The notes under the pieces are model-generated. The model ran no database searches. It was not told the DNA's origin and was given only the letters and a program-made list of their open reading frames with translations. A program made the translations under genes and the position numbers. Source: Mizuhopecten yessoensis (Eukaryota). From it: a stretch of 61,668 nucleotides of DNA. Below, one piece after another: positions 52,001 through 61,668 of this stretch; within the stretch, counting starts at the first letter, position 1; each line of letters opens with the position of its first letter. The stretch spans positions 356,358 through 418,025 of the forward strand of contig NW_018408021.1 of the NCBI RefSeq assembly GCF_002113885.1, written 5' to 3'.

Positions 52001-55000
52001 TCAGCGGTTCAAAACAAAGGTACAGTGCCTGTCTCCAGGTATAGTTCCCGTTGTCAAGGGCGGATGCTAACTATACCAAATACAAGGGTAGTTTTCCAAT
52101 AGCTTACTTAAAAATTATCATGTGATGTACTGAATGTGTTTAATGTATGCGTGCCTATGTTAATGTATGCTTGAGGCAGGGTATGTTGATGAATGCATCT
52201 CCTTGCGATTGCGCGGATCTGATGCTGACGTTACAGTGCTACCTCAGTAAGATACTATGCCACAGGTACCCAGAGCAGTATTCCACCTTGTCACATTATA
52301 TTGACAAAGGGTTAACCTAAATGCCAAATGTTAAGTAGGGAATGACAACTATCATTGTTAAGGATTTTTGTATGTCCCGGACTGGGCAAAAGCTCAACAG
52401 AAAGGCAAAAAGTAAGGCATTGCCAAACAAGGCGCTAGGAAACACACTTATTTTTAGAAAGTAGAGATAAGACATAAAGTTCCCAAATGTTGCAATGTTG
52501 GCCACACACACACACATATTAAGACCCCCGCGCTAACATCCAGGCCAACAAGAATGATTAATTTAAGTTGCAAAAACTTGTTTCATAATTGTTGTAAAAT
52601 AAATAAAGTTAATATTATGTTAAGGAAGGAGAGTATAGCTGCCTCTCTGCGGTCTGCTAGACCTGTTGCACATGAACTTACATTAGGTTGAATATAGCGC
52701 AAAATAACTTAATGTTATTTATTCAGGCCATTTATTTTCCTAATTTGTTTTCATAAAATTTGTCAGTACAGATTTAAAATCATTATCAGACAGTTTGATA
52801 TCATTTGAGTGCACTGTGCTAAACACATTTTCGAAAACGAAAATCATTGTTTGGATCAAACACCGTGATAAGATAATAAATCACCAGTCCAGCTACTCCT
52901 TCGATTGCAAAAATGTCATATTCATCTTATCGATATCATTGACAACATCACACTATATTGTGGTCAGATACCTACATCTTGAAGGTTTTGCCCAGCTTGC
53001 GATGGTATGTGGATGAAAATCCCCCAGACTGGACGAAGAATGGTAATGGTTTGCCTTGAACACTCGTATATCTTGGTAGTTAGAGGCGTCCGCGTATTCA
53101 GAAGTGTCGTTGATAAGCTGTTAGTCAGAAAGAGACACGGATGTGAACATTTCTACCAAATGCGTACAGAGAGAGAGAGAGAGAGAGATTTGTATCAGCT
53201 TATTACAATAAAGATATTACCTTTAATGATTTAGGTAACGTTATGTCTGTATACCTATAGCTATAGGGGTTGTTATGTATTCACACAAAAAAACAGCCTT
53301 TCGATGAAGATAAATGAATACCTGTCTTCCATTCAAGCTAACAATTGTGTAGGTTTACAATATGACTTGCGCATTATTAGACATTTTATATTTTCAAGTA
53401 GAGACGTAATGACCATAACGGCAATTTTCTTTTCTTTGTCATCATATCAAAATAATGAAATCAATGTACTGACATCAATTTACTGAAAGTATATTAACTT
53501 AAAGACACCTAGGATTTGTTTTTTTTATATATTTACCTTACTTAGAGTAAATTCCATGTTGCTTTGGCCAGAGCACAACCACACATCACCAAACATTACG
53601 TCATGAAGAGTTATCGCCCCTAGACTTGACCTTGCGGTCAGGTTATATGGACCATAATGATGTGACGTCATAACTACCTTAACCATCCAAATCAGCCCGC
53701 CGTATGCATCATGAGTAACGTTACTATGAGCAACCTCATGACCATTTAATGAAACATGAACGGTATCGCCAAGCTTCGAAGACTTGCCCCATACAATTGT
53801 ACCACGTGTTCCCTTCTGTAACACCACGTGGTCAGAGTATGAAGAGGCAAACGTAAACGTTGATTCGCATGCTGAAACAAGGAATGCAGCACATCGCGAT
53901 TCATAAGATACGCAAAAATAAAATATTGGTAAAATTGTGGCAATCGTTTCCCAAACTACAACACTAGCCACGATAAAATTGTTTTACTATTTCATACACA
54001 TCAAATCTGTTATTCGTGTGAAAAATGTTTTAGAAGACCTTAATAAAACCAAAATCAAACCAAATTTTCACAAATTTTACAATATTTTCTAAGAGCAACT
54101 CTCAATTTCATATCTCTGCAATATATAATATACATTTATCTATCAGCTTATCTACATTATAGTACGTGTGTCAACACCCGACTTAGTGAATCGTATGTCG
54201 CATTTCAAACTGACCTTGTAAGCAATGCCACTAAGTAAAACTTTTGAAAATCTTTTACGTTACACAGCATTCTTATGTTATGCATTAATAAGATGTAATA
54301 CGTACACGTTATGCATAGGCTCAGACACACAATGAACAGTATTGTTTTCAAGTCCACCATATTGAACGGTCCTTTAACGGTCCTTTAACGTCAATCCATG
54401 TTATCAGTGATCGTGGAACAAAACTTGCCTTATCTCGAGTCCTAGCCATTCACATATGTCCTCTCATAGTTAAGAACCGTACGAGTTGAGTAAAATGGCC
54501 TGCTGTATCCAACTGTATGTAATCGTACGAGATGACTTATGGGGAACCCTATTCAAGGTGTTGTTTCCTTAAATTATTAAGACTTCTGTTCATTTCAATT
54601 CGTGTTTTTGGAACGTAAAAACCTCACAGCAACGATTTATTTTAACTGCATTATTACGTAAATGTCACGTAATTGTTTTTCCTTCCAATTTTATACAAAG
54701 TACGGGACCATTCGATAAAATGGTTTGATAAAACAAGACATAATGACTGTAACAATGATTAAAAACAAATATAACATCATATACAATCAAATGTGTTACA
54801 CAAATTCTTCAAAACTGTAACGCACGATACATAAATAACTTAATTTAATTAAAAGACGGATTTCTTTAGGAATTGATACAAAGTATCAATGTTTGTAATC
54901 AATGAATTTAAATACTGTGGAATGTAACGCTTCTACAAAATCTCGAAATTTATCTACATGAAGCCAAAAGAGGTCACCTTTATGACTCTCAGTACACAAC

Positions 55001-55656
55001 TCCGTTGTGTAATCGTAAGAGTTATCCGATATGTCATTGCACAATATTGTCACTCTTAAGGCAAAACAAATACAATATCAGAACAGATGATTTAGTATGT
55101 AATGCTAATATATTGGACAGCGTGTAATTAAATATCAGAGTTATACGCTGTAATGATATGCCTGTGTTATAACTCAAATGCATTGCCACTCACAATGAAA
55201 TTGCGTTGTACCTCGAATTCAAACATAAAACAATATTTGCGCTTGGTTTTCTCTTCCGTAATTTAACAAACTGACATGTTTATGTCAAAATACATTTTTG
55301 TTCCACGGACAACCTGCACTGAAGAGGTCAAACTGTCATTTGTTATTATTTTTTGACCCACTGTATGGGAATTATCTCAACAATCATTATGTTTTTGTTT
55401 TAGTTTCATTCATTTATATGTCCACCGCACATCATAATTACAAATTCCTCCAACCATTATTTTGAAATTTCTATTGACATTAAAACAACCTCGGTCCTCC
55501 ATCGTGAAGCTAAATTTCAACTACGTGAACTTCTACCTCTGTCATAACAACGGAATCCATACCTAGTAGTTCAGCAGCGTATCGTGCATCTACACCATGG
55601 AGAGTCAACAGAAAAACAATCAATGAAATAATTACATGCAAATGTTTGTCAAACAT
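34611..55656 (-). CDS. SIAE: Sialate O-acetylesterase-like, copy C (9 exons; premature TAG at 34667-34665 gives 492 aa instead of 510 aa)
   Basis: Exons 55656-55563, 53871-53537, 53117-52976, 48468-48309, 46972-46884, 46486-46356, 37936-37782, 37303-37108, 34841-34611. Phases are consistent and GQSNM, QGESN and IHP are retained. Confidence 0.88.
34993..35867. repeat. Two adjacent long inverted repeats: 34993-35239 (112-bp arms) and 35247-35867 (~300-bp arms)
   Basis: Arms are near-perfect reverse complements around a 23-nt loop that occurs in opposite orientations in the two hairpins. Confidence 0.92.
36745..37085 (-). mobile_element. SINE-like fragment
   Basis: GTTAAAGTCCTCGCAACAGCCAGGGTCATATAAGGA and TTAGTCGCCTCTT blocks resemble the ends of the 14695-15230 element. 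Confidence 0.5.
37108..37303 (-). CDS. SIAE: SIAE-C exon 8
   Basis: IHPRFKHDVASRLAL...NFE. Confidence 0.93.
37782..37936 (-). CDS. SIAE: SIAE-C exon 7
   Basis: LAGNHNGTNGTYFAWMRWTQTAAYGKVPNAKMPNTFMAVAMDLPDFKSPYG. Confidence 0.93.
38150..38570. repeat. Degenerate ~40-bp tandem repeat (...CAGTAAGCGC..TTATAAAACCAAC...), resuming at ~45820-46000
   Basis: Visible periodicity; similar units flank the LINE/minisatellite block on both sides. Confidence 0.7.
38867..39606 (+). pseudogene. LINE ORF1 remnant with SGNH/GDSL esterase domain (frameshift near 39397)
   Basis: Blocks VILWASN (I), AKSG (II), VILGTNN (III), ISVTLPR, DTQGVH (V). Confidence 0.75.
39711..43389 (+). pseudogene. LINE ORF2 remnant (endonuclease/reverse transcriptase)
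   Basis: Motifs as listed for the element; fragmented over several frames. Confidence 0.92.
43670..44380 (+). mobile_element. 3' fragment of a CR1/L2-like LINE ORF2
   Basis: YRSLVRPSLEY..DPH...KVEMVQRRATR...MLNTLEWHSL..R...SFFPRTNSDWN, typical C-terminus of CR1-group elements. Confidence 0.8.
43996..44151 (+). mobile_element. 5'-truncated 156-bp copy of the Tx1-type LINE 3' end, flanked by a 34-bp duplication
   Basis: Matches 43488-43646; flanks 43962-43995 and 44152-44185 are ATTAAAAATGACTTnnTAACTATAAGGAAAACTC. Confidence 0.8.
44540..45800. repeat. Minisatellite, 31-bp unit TACCGGGGAGTTAGGTTTGTGTTATATATAT (first units 37 bp)
   Basis: About 40 tandem copies visible directly. Confidence 0.95.
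46356..46486 (-). CDS. SIAE: SIAE-C exon 6
   Basis: GESNTPNPGKYACQFPAMIADWR...FPFGFVQ. Confidence 0.93.
46884..46972 (-). CDS. SIAE: SIAE-C exon 5
   Basis: SGLWNGMISPLLRNTIYGTIWYQ. Confidence 0.93.
47950..48125 (+). mobile_element. SINE 3' fragment
   Basis: Close reverse complement of 14705-14875. Confidence 0.8.
48309..48468 (-). CDS. SIAE: SIAE-C exon 4
   Basis: FSAVCWLFGKRL...PIGLIESNFGGTKIELWS. Confidence 0.93.
48793..48975. mobile_element. Fold-back/MITE-like near-perfect palindrome (~85-bp arms)
   Basis: TTACTTAGTTTTCGAATTGTATC... is the reverse complement of ...GATACAATTCGAAAACTAAGTAA. Confidence 0.8.
49730..50070 (-). mobile_element. SINE-family copy
   Basis: CTAAGGTAATTTAAGGAC, CCCAGTCACAT and GGGGACAGAACCC blocks. 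Confidence 0.7.
51511..51626. repeat. Hairpin with ~45-bp arms (MITE-like)
   Basis: TATTATGGCCCTTTCC..CTGTTCTCTTATAGTGTTGTCT pairs with AGACAACACTATAAGAGAACAG..GGAAAGGGCCATAATA. Confidence 0.75.
51633..52131. mobile_element. ~500-bp non-autonomous DNA element with 14-bp TIRs, nested in a SINE copy
   Basis: AGTACATCACAAGA / TCATGTGATGTACT (13/14 match); SINE sequence stops near 51503 and resumes near 52133. Confidence 0.6.
52133..52500 (-). mobile_element. SINE-family copy
   Basis: GTGCTACCTCA, GTCACATTATATTGACAA and GCTCAAC blocks. Confidence 0.65.
52976..53117 (-). CDS. SIAE: SIAE-C exon 3
   Basis: LINDTSEYADASNYQDIRVF...SWAKPSR; 142 nt. Confidence 0.88.
53537..53871 (-). CDS. SIAE: SIAE-C exon 2
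   Basis: 335 nt; FGDVWLCSGQSNMEFTLSK. Confidence 0.93.
55563..55656 (-). CDS. SIAE: SIAE-C putative exon 1 (signal peptide MFDKHLHVIISLIVFLLTLHGVDA)
   Basis: Hydrophobic core with VDA cleavage-like site; G|GTATG donor in phase 1 fits exon 2. Not homologous to A/B exon 1. Confidence 0.65.
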
Positions 55657-57268
55657 TTAATCCATAACAAGACACAAAACACTGACAGAGAATGATTGCT
55701 ATGTTCGAAGCGACCTGCCGTTTCGAGTTTAACGACATGTGAAGAGGGGTAATTATAGTTATATTGTGTCGTTACACAGATACGATAAACAACTCGCAAA
55801 TGCTTATTTGGTGTTGTATTTCTGTTGTAATGCTGCGCAAGGCACTAATTGGGATACAGTTATCAATTATAGCATTATACGGCGATGTGAGACAAGACTT
55901 TTTCTGGTGGTTGGTTTAACGTCCTCCAAACGAATATGATCATATCAAAAGGAGTGCAATGTACCTAGGGGGACAACGACAAAAAGAACGAGTAGATTAA
56001 TGTGATAACGAGAAAAAGATTAAATCCTAAGATCAATTATTGTCTCTTTAATATCCCCTTAGCAGTACAATCTACAACCGAAAAAATAGTGTCAACAAAA
56101 AAGCAAAGGTGACTGAACTATGTATAGCTTAATTTATATCCTTGTTGAGGCTTTTTAGCAAAACATTTGAAGAAAGTTAGTTGTCTTGTCAAAATTCTAA
56201 GGGGGAATACTTCCGTTTATTATGCATTCACGTCAAATATTTGAAACATTTTAAGATATTGTTTCGGTCGAATAAGTTTACGATTTTACAAGAAAGCATT
56301 AAGAGATTACCGAAGTGTCGACAAACGCCTTAATTTGAACTAGAAGTCAATGCAATTATGGCAAAGTTGAGAAACTGTGAGGGAACTGACAACAATATAC
56401 CCCCGCGTCATCTTATCTATGTTTTCCTTAGTGCCTCATATACATCTGGATGTTATGTACTTTCACTTTTCTAGGTTACAAAAGATATCCAGTTAACAGT
56501 AACGTAGCTCTTCAGCAGGAATTACATTTTCAAGGGCCATAACTGACTGAAAAACAATTGGATCGCACGTTCGTTTCTTTATGCACTTCTACATATTTAT
56601 ATATCTTCCCTGTGCAAAGTTACAAAACTATCCAACTGTTTAGGATAAGTTTCCCGTTCAAAGTTAGACGGACAGACAGTGTTATCATTATGTATCTACT
56701 TAGACGTCGATTGCGGGGGTGGGTGGTAAATATGAACAAAAGAAAAACGTTATGATAATTTCTTTTTGATAAGTAATGATCTTGTTTTTGTAACACCTTT
56801 CGATTAGTTGTGTTTTGCGCTAAACAACAGTGTAAAGAAAGATTAAAAATGGTAAAGGTCAAAATGAAACAACCATTAACGATGACCTCGAAAAAGAGCC
56901 TAGGGACATCCTAACTCGAACTTGTTCAAAGTAAGCCGGAGGCAAACATAACAGTGAAACCAAAGTTTGTTAAAAATACAGCCACGAGAGTGCTGAGTAT
57001 GATATCCAGATGAATATAAGGAATATTAAGCTTTGCCTTAATCGGAACATGAACTCGGCAAATCTATAGCTAGTTGTATACATGATGTAATTAGTTAACA
57101 AACGTAGCTGTCGAATTGCCGGCGAATTTCTAGTTTCTACTTTATCAACAGACCTTGACCATTGTCGATGGTAAGGTCAATGCAAACATAAGTGAAGTTT
57201 AACAAAACATCGGTGAAGTAATTATAGCCGATAGAGTGATGACCCCAGGGGAAATGTAGGTAAGGACA

Positions 57269-57450
57269 TAGTCCGAATTATTCTGACGTTTTATCGACTT
57301 TTTTCATATCGGTCTGTCGTCGATTAACGTCAGAACTCCGGCCCTCTATAATATGCGGGAAATATGCGACCCGCGCCCGGAGCGCACTTCAAACTATTAT
57401 TTTAGAAACAAATCGTCACTTTCACACACATGTCGCACATGGATCGAAAG
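57269..57450. mobile_element. Second copy (one end) of the MITE at 2958-3161
   Basis: About 180 bp clearly alignable, starting with TAGTCCGAATTATTCTGACG. Confidence 0.75.
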
Positions 57451-58099
57451 ATCTATTCTTTATGCACTANGCCACGTAAATTGATATGCCATGTCACTTT
57501 AGCCGTAAGTGTTCCGCCCTGACCGAGTAGTCATTACACAATATGCCTAATGAATGTTAAGGGAACTATCAGTGTCCCTGTCTTAGTTTAAGGACTACAT
57601 AGGCTATGATATTCTGTTTTTTTGTGTGTCTGAAATGTTATATGCTCGATTCCAGAGTAAGATATATATATATGCGTTTTGTTAGGTTTTAAGTGGAGCT
57701 ACGTTCGTTTCGCAGTTTCGGATTTTCTAGGAACGGAACTAGGTTCTAGTCACTGGTGTAGTGTTTCTTTATAACAACGCTTGATTCGGTTTTATTGTAT
57801 TTAACGTCCTAAGGAATGCTAAAGACATGCCTCCATTTGTGTAATGTTGGCGTGTATGTGTGTTGGAGACAGTATCTTATAATGAATCCTCATAAAAAGG
57901 AAAATCTGTTTGATAAGTTGCGTTCGTACTCGTTATAATTGAAATCAAATCAATAATAATAATAATTCAAGGTTCCTACCTTTTTTTTATCACAAACGAG
58001 TTCGTAGGTGGTCTCAAAGCGATCCACAAATTATCAAACGTGGTAAAAGGGCCTTTGTAACCAGCCAATATCTTTCTCAACTCCCTGGAAAGCATAGCT

Positions 58100-58290
58100 C
58101 CGATGATGCCAATCCGGCAGCAACAGCTAGTTTCAGCAATTCTAGCAATGCCCAACCACGTATTCATTTACAGCTGAGGTGACTAAAACAAGCGGATTCA
58201 AATATCTTGCTCAAAGGTACAACACAGTGTCGTGCCGTTACTCGAACCCGCAGCCCTCGGTCACAATCCCGGCAGTCTATACTAGACTAC
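58100..58290 (-). mobile_element. Fragment of a second tRNA-derived SINE family
   Basis: ATCTTGCTCAAAGGTACAAC...CTCGAACCCGC (reverse of a B-box GGGTTCGAG). Confidence 0.5.
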
Positions 58291-61259
58291 CATGCCTCCT
58301 AAACTAAAGACAATATCTATCATAAAGTGCTACTAAAAATAATATGGTGGACTCTATAGCAGCCCCAATCGATCATACTATTTTGATAAAGAGTTAACCA
58401 GATGTGCCAAGGTTTTACAAATCATTTACAACAGCAAAGATCATATGAAGTTGTTTAAGAAACCACAACTGGAAAAACGTGAGAGAGAGGTTTGATTTGA
58501 TCTGATTTACTGAACGTCCTATTAACTGCTTATATTATTATATAAAGGACGTGCCTCCACTTGTGTTGTGTATACATGTATGTATGCTGGAGCCAGTGTG
58601 TGGTGATGTGTTTCCGTAATGTTGAATGACATCAATCAAATGAAAAAAATAAAACCAAAACCAAATAAGAATGAGGAAATATTCACTTTTTGGAAAAAGA
58701 GATTTTACTTTTAGATTAAGTTTAATGAACTCCATTTTTGTTTACCCCATATTTAAGCATTACATAAGAACGGTTATTGTGTGAAAGACTCTCACGGAGA
58801 CGGGTAAGGAATACCTCGCCATGGCTCCTTTCAAAGGTCATATAATAATGGTACAGAAAATGTATCAATCTCTTTTAAATATTTCCTATCTGTTACATTA
58901 TAACACGTTTCACATTATTGTTTAAAATTGGTTGAGTTGATTATAAAACGTTTTGAATTTCGTAAAATGTAAGAATCTTTATTGTATAAGGTATAGCCGA
59001 TTTCAAGCGCACTTCATAAGCGCATTGCTTTACGGAAACTGAAGTTTTCCACTGATAAACCAACAAGAGGAAATCTTTTAACATAACAGATCTCAATATT
59101 TCCACAATTCTTACATACCTAAAATTGTTGGTCTGTTCAACGAAATATTGATTACTGTACCCATTTTTACTTTTCAAGTTGGCATTTGCCGTTATGTTCG
59201 TTTGAGGTGTCAGTTCTTTTAAGATATGCAGTTTACTTTTTATTGACCTAGTGATCTCTTGTGTGTTAGTTGGCCGTAACGAATCGAATAATTTACTATC
59301 TAACGATAGTTAAAATACTTTTTTGAGAGAAGAAAAATGTTGTGCTGAAGAAGCTAAGAAGAAAGATACAAATGTTTCCCTCTAAAACAATAACCTGGAT
59401 GATTGCGGGCTTGCTCAGCGCATTATGTATGGAAATATGGCATCAAGGGATATAGAAACAGACATGAAAAAGAATATAGCCCAAAACTTATCAACACTTT
59501 CCGTAGATTCAAAATGAGCAATGCAAAAAAAAGCTTTAGTTTATATTCGCCTGGATAACAGTGTATATACCTCCGAAGATACAGACCGAAATCGATTTCT
59601 GTTGTATCATTGGAACTTTAAGTTTCTAGCAACATAAATCCGTCGTGAGACGGATATATGAATATAAAGCAGTTTGTTTCATTCCGAATATTTTTTATTG
59701 ATACTATTCATGCTGTTTGCGATTAGAAAATCAATTGTATTTAACACGAACATACTTCACTCGGTTTTTTAAAAACATTTTGCATACTCGGGAATATATT
59801 TTGTGTAATATATCTGTGATCAATCTGTGCACTTACATGTGAGAAAACTCCATATATCAACGACCTGAACTGAAAAATAGTATTGCCAGTTGAAAAGTAT
59901 TGTTCACATCTGCAACGTATCATTAACAGCTAAATATGCGCGTAGGTTTAAAACAGAATTAAATTTGACCATATTGATTTTGGTTACAATGCAAGATACT
60001 CGACAGCCTTTTTGACAAAAGATAAGGAACTGAGTAGAAGAGCTAAATTGTGTAGTGAATGGATAGAAAGGAGGTGAGAAGCCATTTATTATTTAAGTAA
60101 TAGCACCAGCTCCAGACTAAACTACTTTCACCTTTCACTTTTCTACTGTCTAAACGTCTAATAAAGAGTTTCAAAATCTTATCACCAAAAACATCCCGAC
60201 TTCTAACCGCTGGATCGTAGTTTCATTCCTTCTCTTCTTCAAAATACTCATGTGGGTCTTTATCGTGAAAAGTTGGACAGTTCTCACACGGGCCACCATT
60301 TACAGTACCATCTGACGGACGATAGGTTAATGGCGAGTGGTTAGAGTAATGGAAGTGCTATTTGTTGTTGTTCTTTTCAGTTAACAAACGGAAATCAAAC
60401 GATCCTTTTTAAACCTCGTAATTTTCCTGCGTATCATTAAAACACATAAATTGTTGTGAAGTTCAATTGATTGCAATTATATCAATTACAAATAAACTGT
60501 ATGGTCAAAGTTGCTAATAGACGGTACATTAAACGGATCTGTCATGTATCTGTTTAAAATTGCATTCAATCATCACATGTTTTATTTATAGTTATATGCG
60601 CGGTCGCAATAGAACGACTTCTCTGCGATCTTAATTGCAGAACAGTGAAAAGTTTATTCGTTTTGATAGTGTAATCGAAATGGGAACAAAACATCAATTG
60701 GACAACATTAATATTCAATCGTTAGATTCAATTCAGCATTTTTGGCAATAAAATATTTCAAAATATTTAAATGAAAAAAAAAAAATTCTACAAATGAAGT
60801 AGATCAATATACCCGACAACGAAATATGTTAAAGAGTTTTTGTTTAATATTCGATAGAGACTGTACTATTAACCATCGATTGTGATATATTAATATTGAA
60901 AGGAATTAGACAAGGTAGTTACATGTGCTTAAATCTGTAAATACTATTTGTTTTCCTTGAGCCTGTTCGTTTATACGTAACAACCTGTAAACAATTTTGG
61001 TCCAACCATATGGTTCGCTTTCAATAAAAGCAGCACTGGAGTTGTCTTCCTTCGAATATATTAATTTAAGCTTTAAATATTTCGAAACATACGTCAAATC
61101 TAAATTCCTATTTGGACATCTCAAATTGACAATCAATGATAATCAAATCCATCAAGTGTAAGGAAGATTGGTCAAAACGTGAGGGAGGAGAGATCCAGCA
61201 ATAACGTAAAGGTAAAAATATTCACCTATAACCACTCTTTGTTTCTTATAATGTACGTA

Positions 61260-61410
61260 CTGCATGTGTGTAATGTATGTGTGCTGAAGACTGTATGTGT
61301 TATTGTTTTGCAGGTATGATGCTAATTTTGGAGTGCTACCTCACTATAACACCATGCTGAAGGCACCCAGCATGGTATTCCACTTTTCACATTGTACTGA
61401 CAACGGCCCT
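61260..61410 (-). mobile_element. SINE-family fragment
   Basis: GTGCTACCTCACT..CACCCAGCA..TCACATTGTACTGACAACGG. Confidence 0.6.
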
Positions 61411-61668
61411 TACATCTGTACTGAAGACATCGAGAGAGCACTGCATGAGTGCCGTCCACCTGTTCGCGTGAAAACAAATTAGAATACGTCCACTATACCA
61501 ACATATGTAAAAACCTTTTATGGTTCAACAGTGAAATAGAAAATAATAAATTCATTTTGAATAACTTATTGTTAAAGAAGTCTTTTTTCCTTAATCTTTT
61601 CTCCTGATTGTGTCTCGCTAGGAAACCGTTTTAATATGACATGATATGTAACAAGGTTCTCAATGCCC

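Noticed and set aside
11864-55656. SIAE copies as uncollapsed haplotypes or a bacterial transfer
   Set aside because: Copies differ too much in exons and introns to be alleles, and all have eight spliceosomal introns.
55700-61668. Short ORFs upstream of SIAE-C
   Set aside because: No motifs or exon chain found; region looks intergenic with repeat fragments.

Overview
AT-rich, intron-rich eukaryotic (invertebrate, probably molluscan/lophotrochozoan; inference) genomic DNA. All host genes are on the minus strand and were reconstructed by hand from GT-AG junctions with matching phases. There is a complete 4-exon secreted C-type lectin gene with EPN/WND motifs (7204->1367), which the ORF track largely misses. 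Next to it is a head-to-tail array of three 9-exon sialate O-acetylesterase (SIAE-like, SGNH fold) paralogues. Copy A (19678->11864) is intact, 497 aa. Copy B (32598->22138) is intact except for a ~1.8 kb insertion splitting exon 2, which leaves a new in-frame ATG downstream of the signal peptide. Copy C (55656->34611) has a non-homologous signal-peptide exon and a premature TAG 18 codons before the ancestral stop. Intron 6 of copy C holds a decayed L1/Tx1-type LINE whose ORF1 is itself an SGNH esterase, a CR1/L2-like fragment carrying a short second copy of the same LINE 3' end with a 34-bp duplication, and a 31-bp minisatellite. Many tRNA-derived SINE copies, MITE-like hairpins and a nested SINE-derived palindrome are also present.
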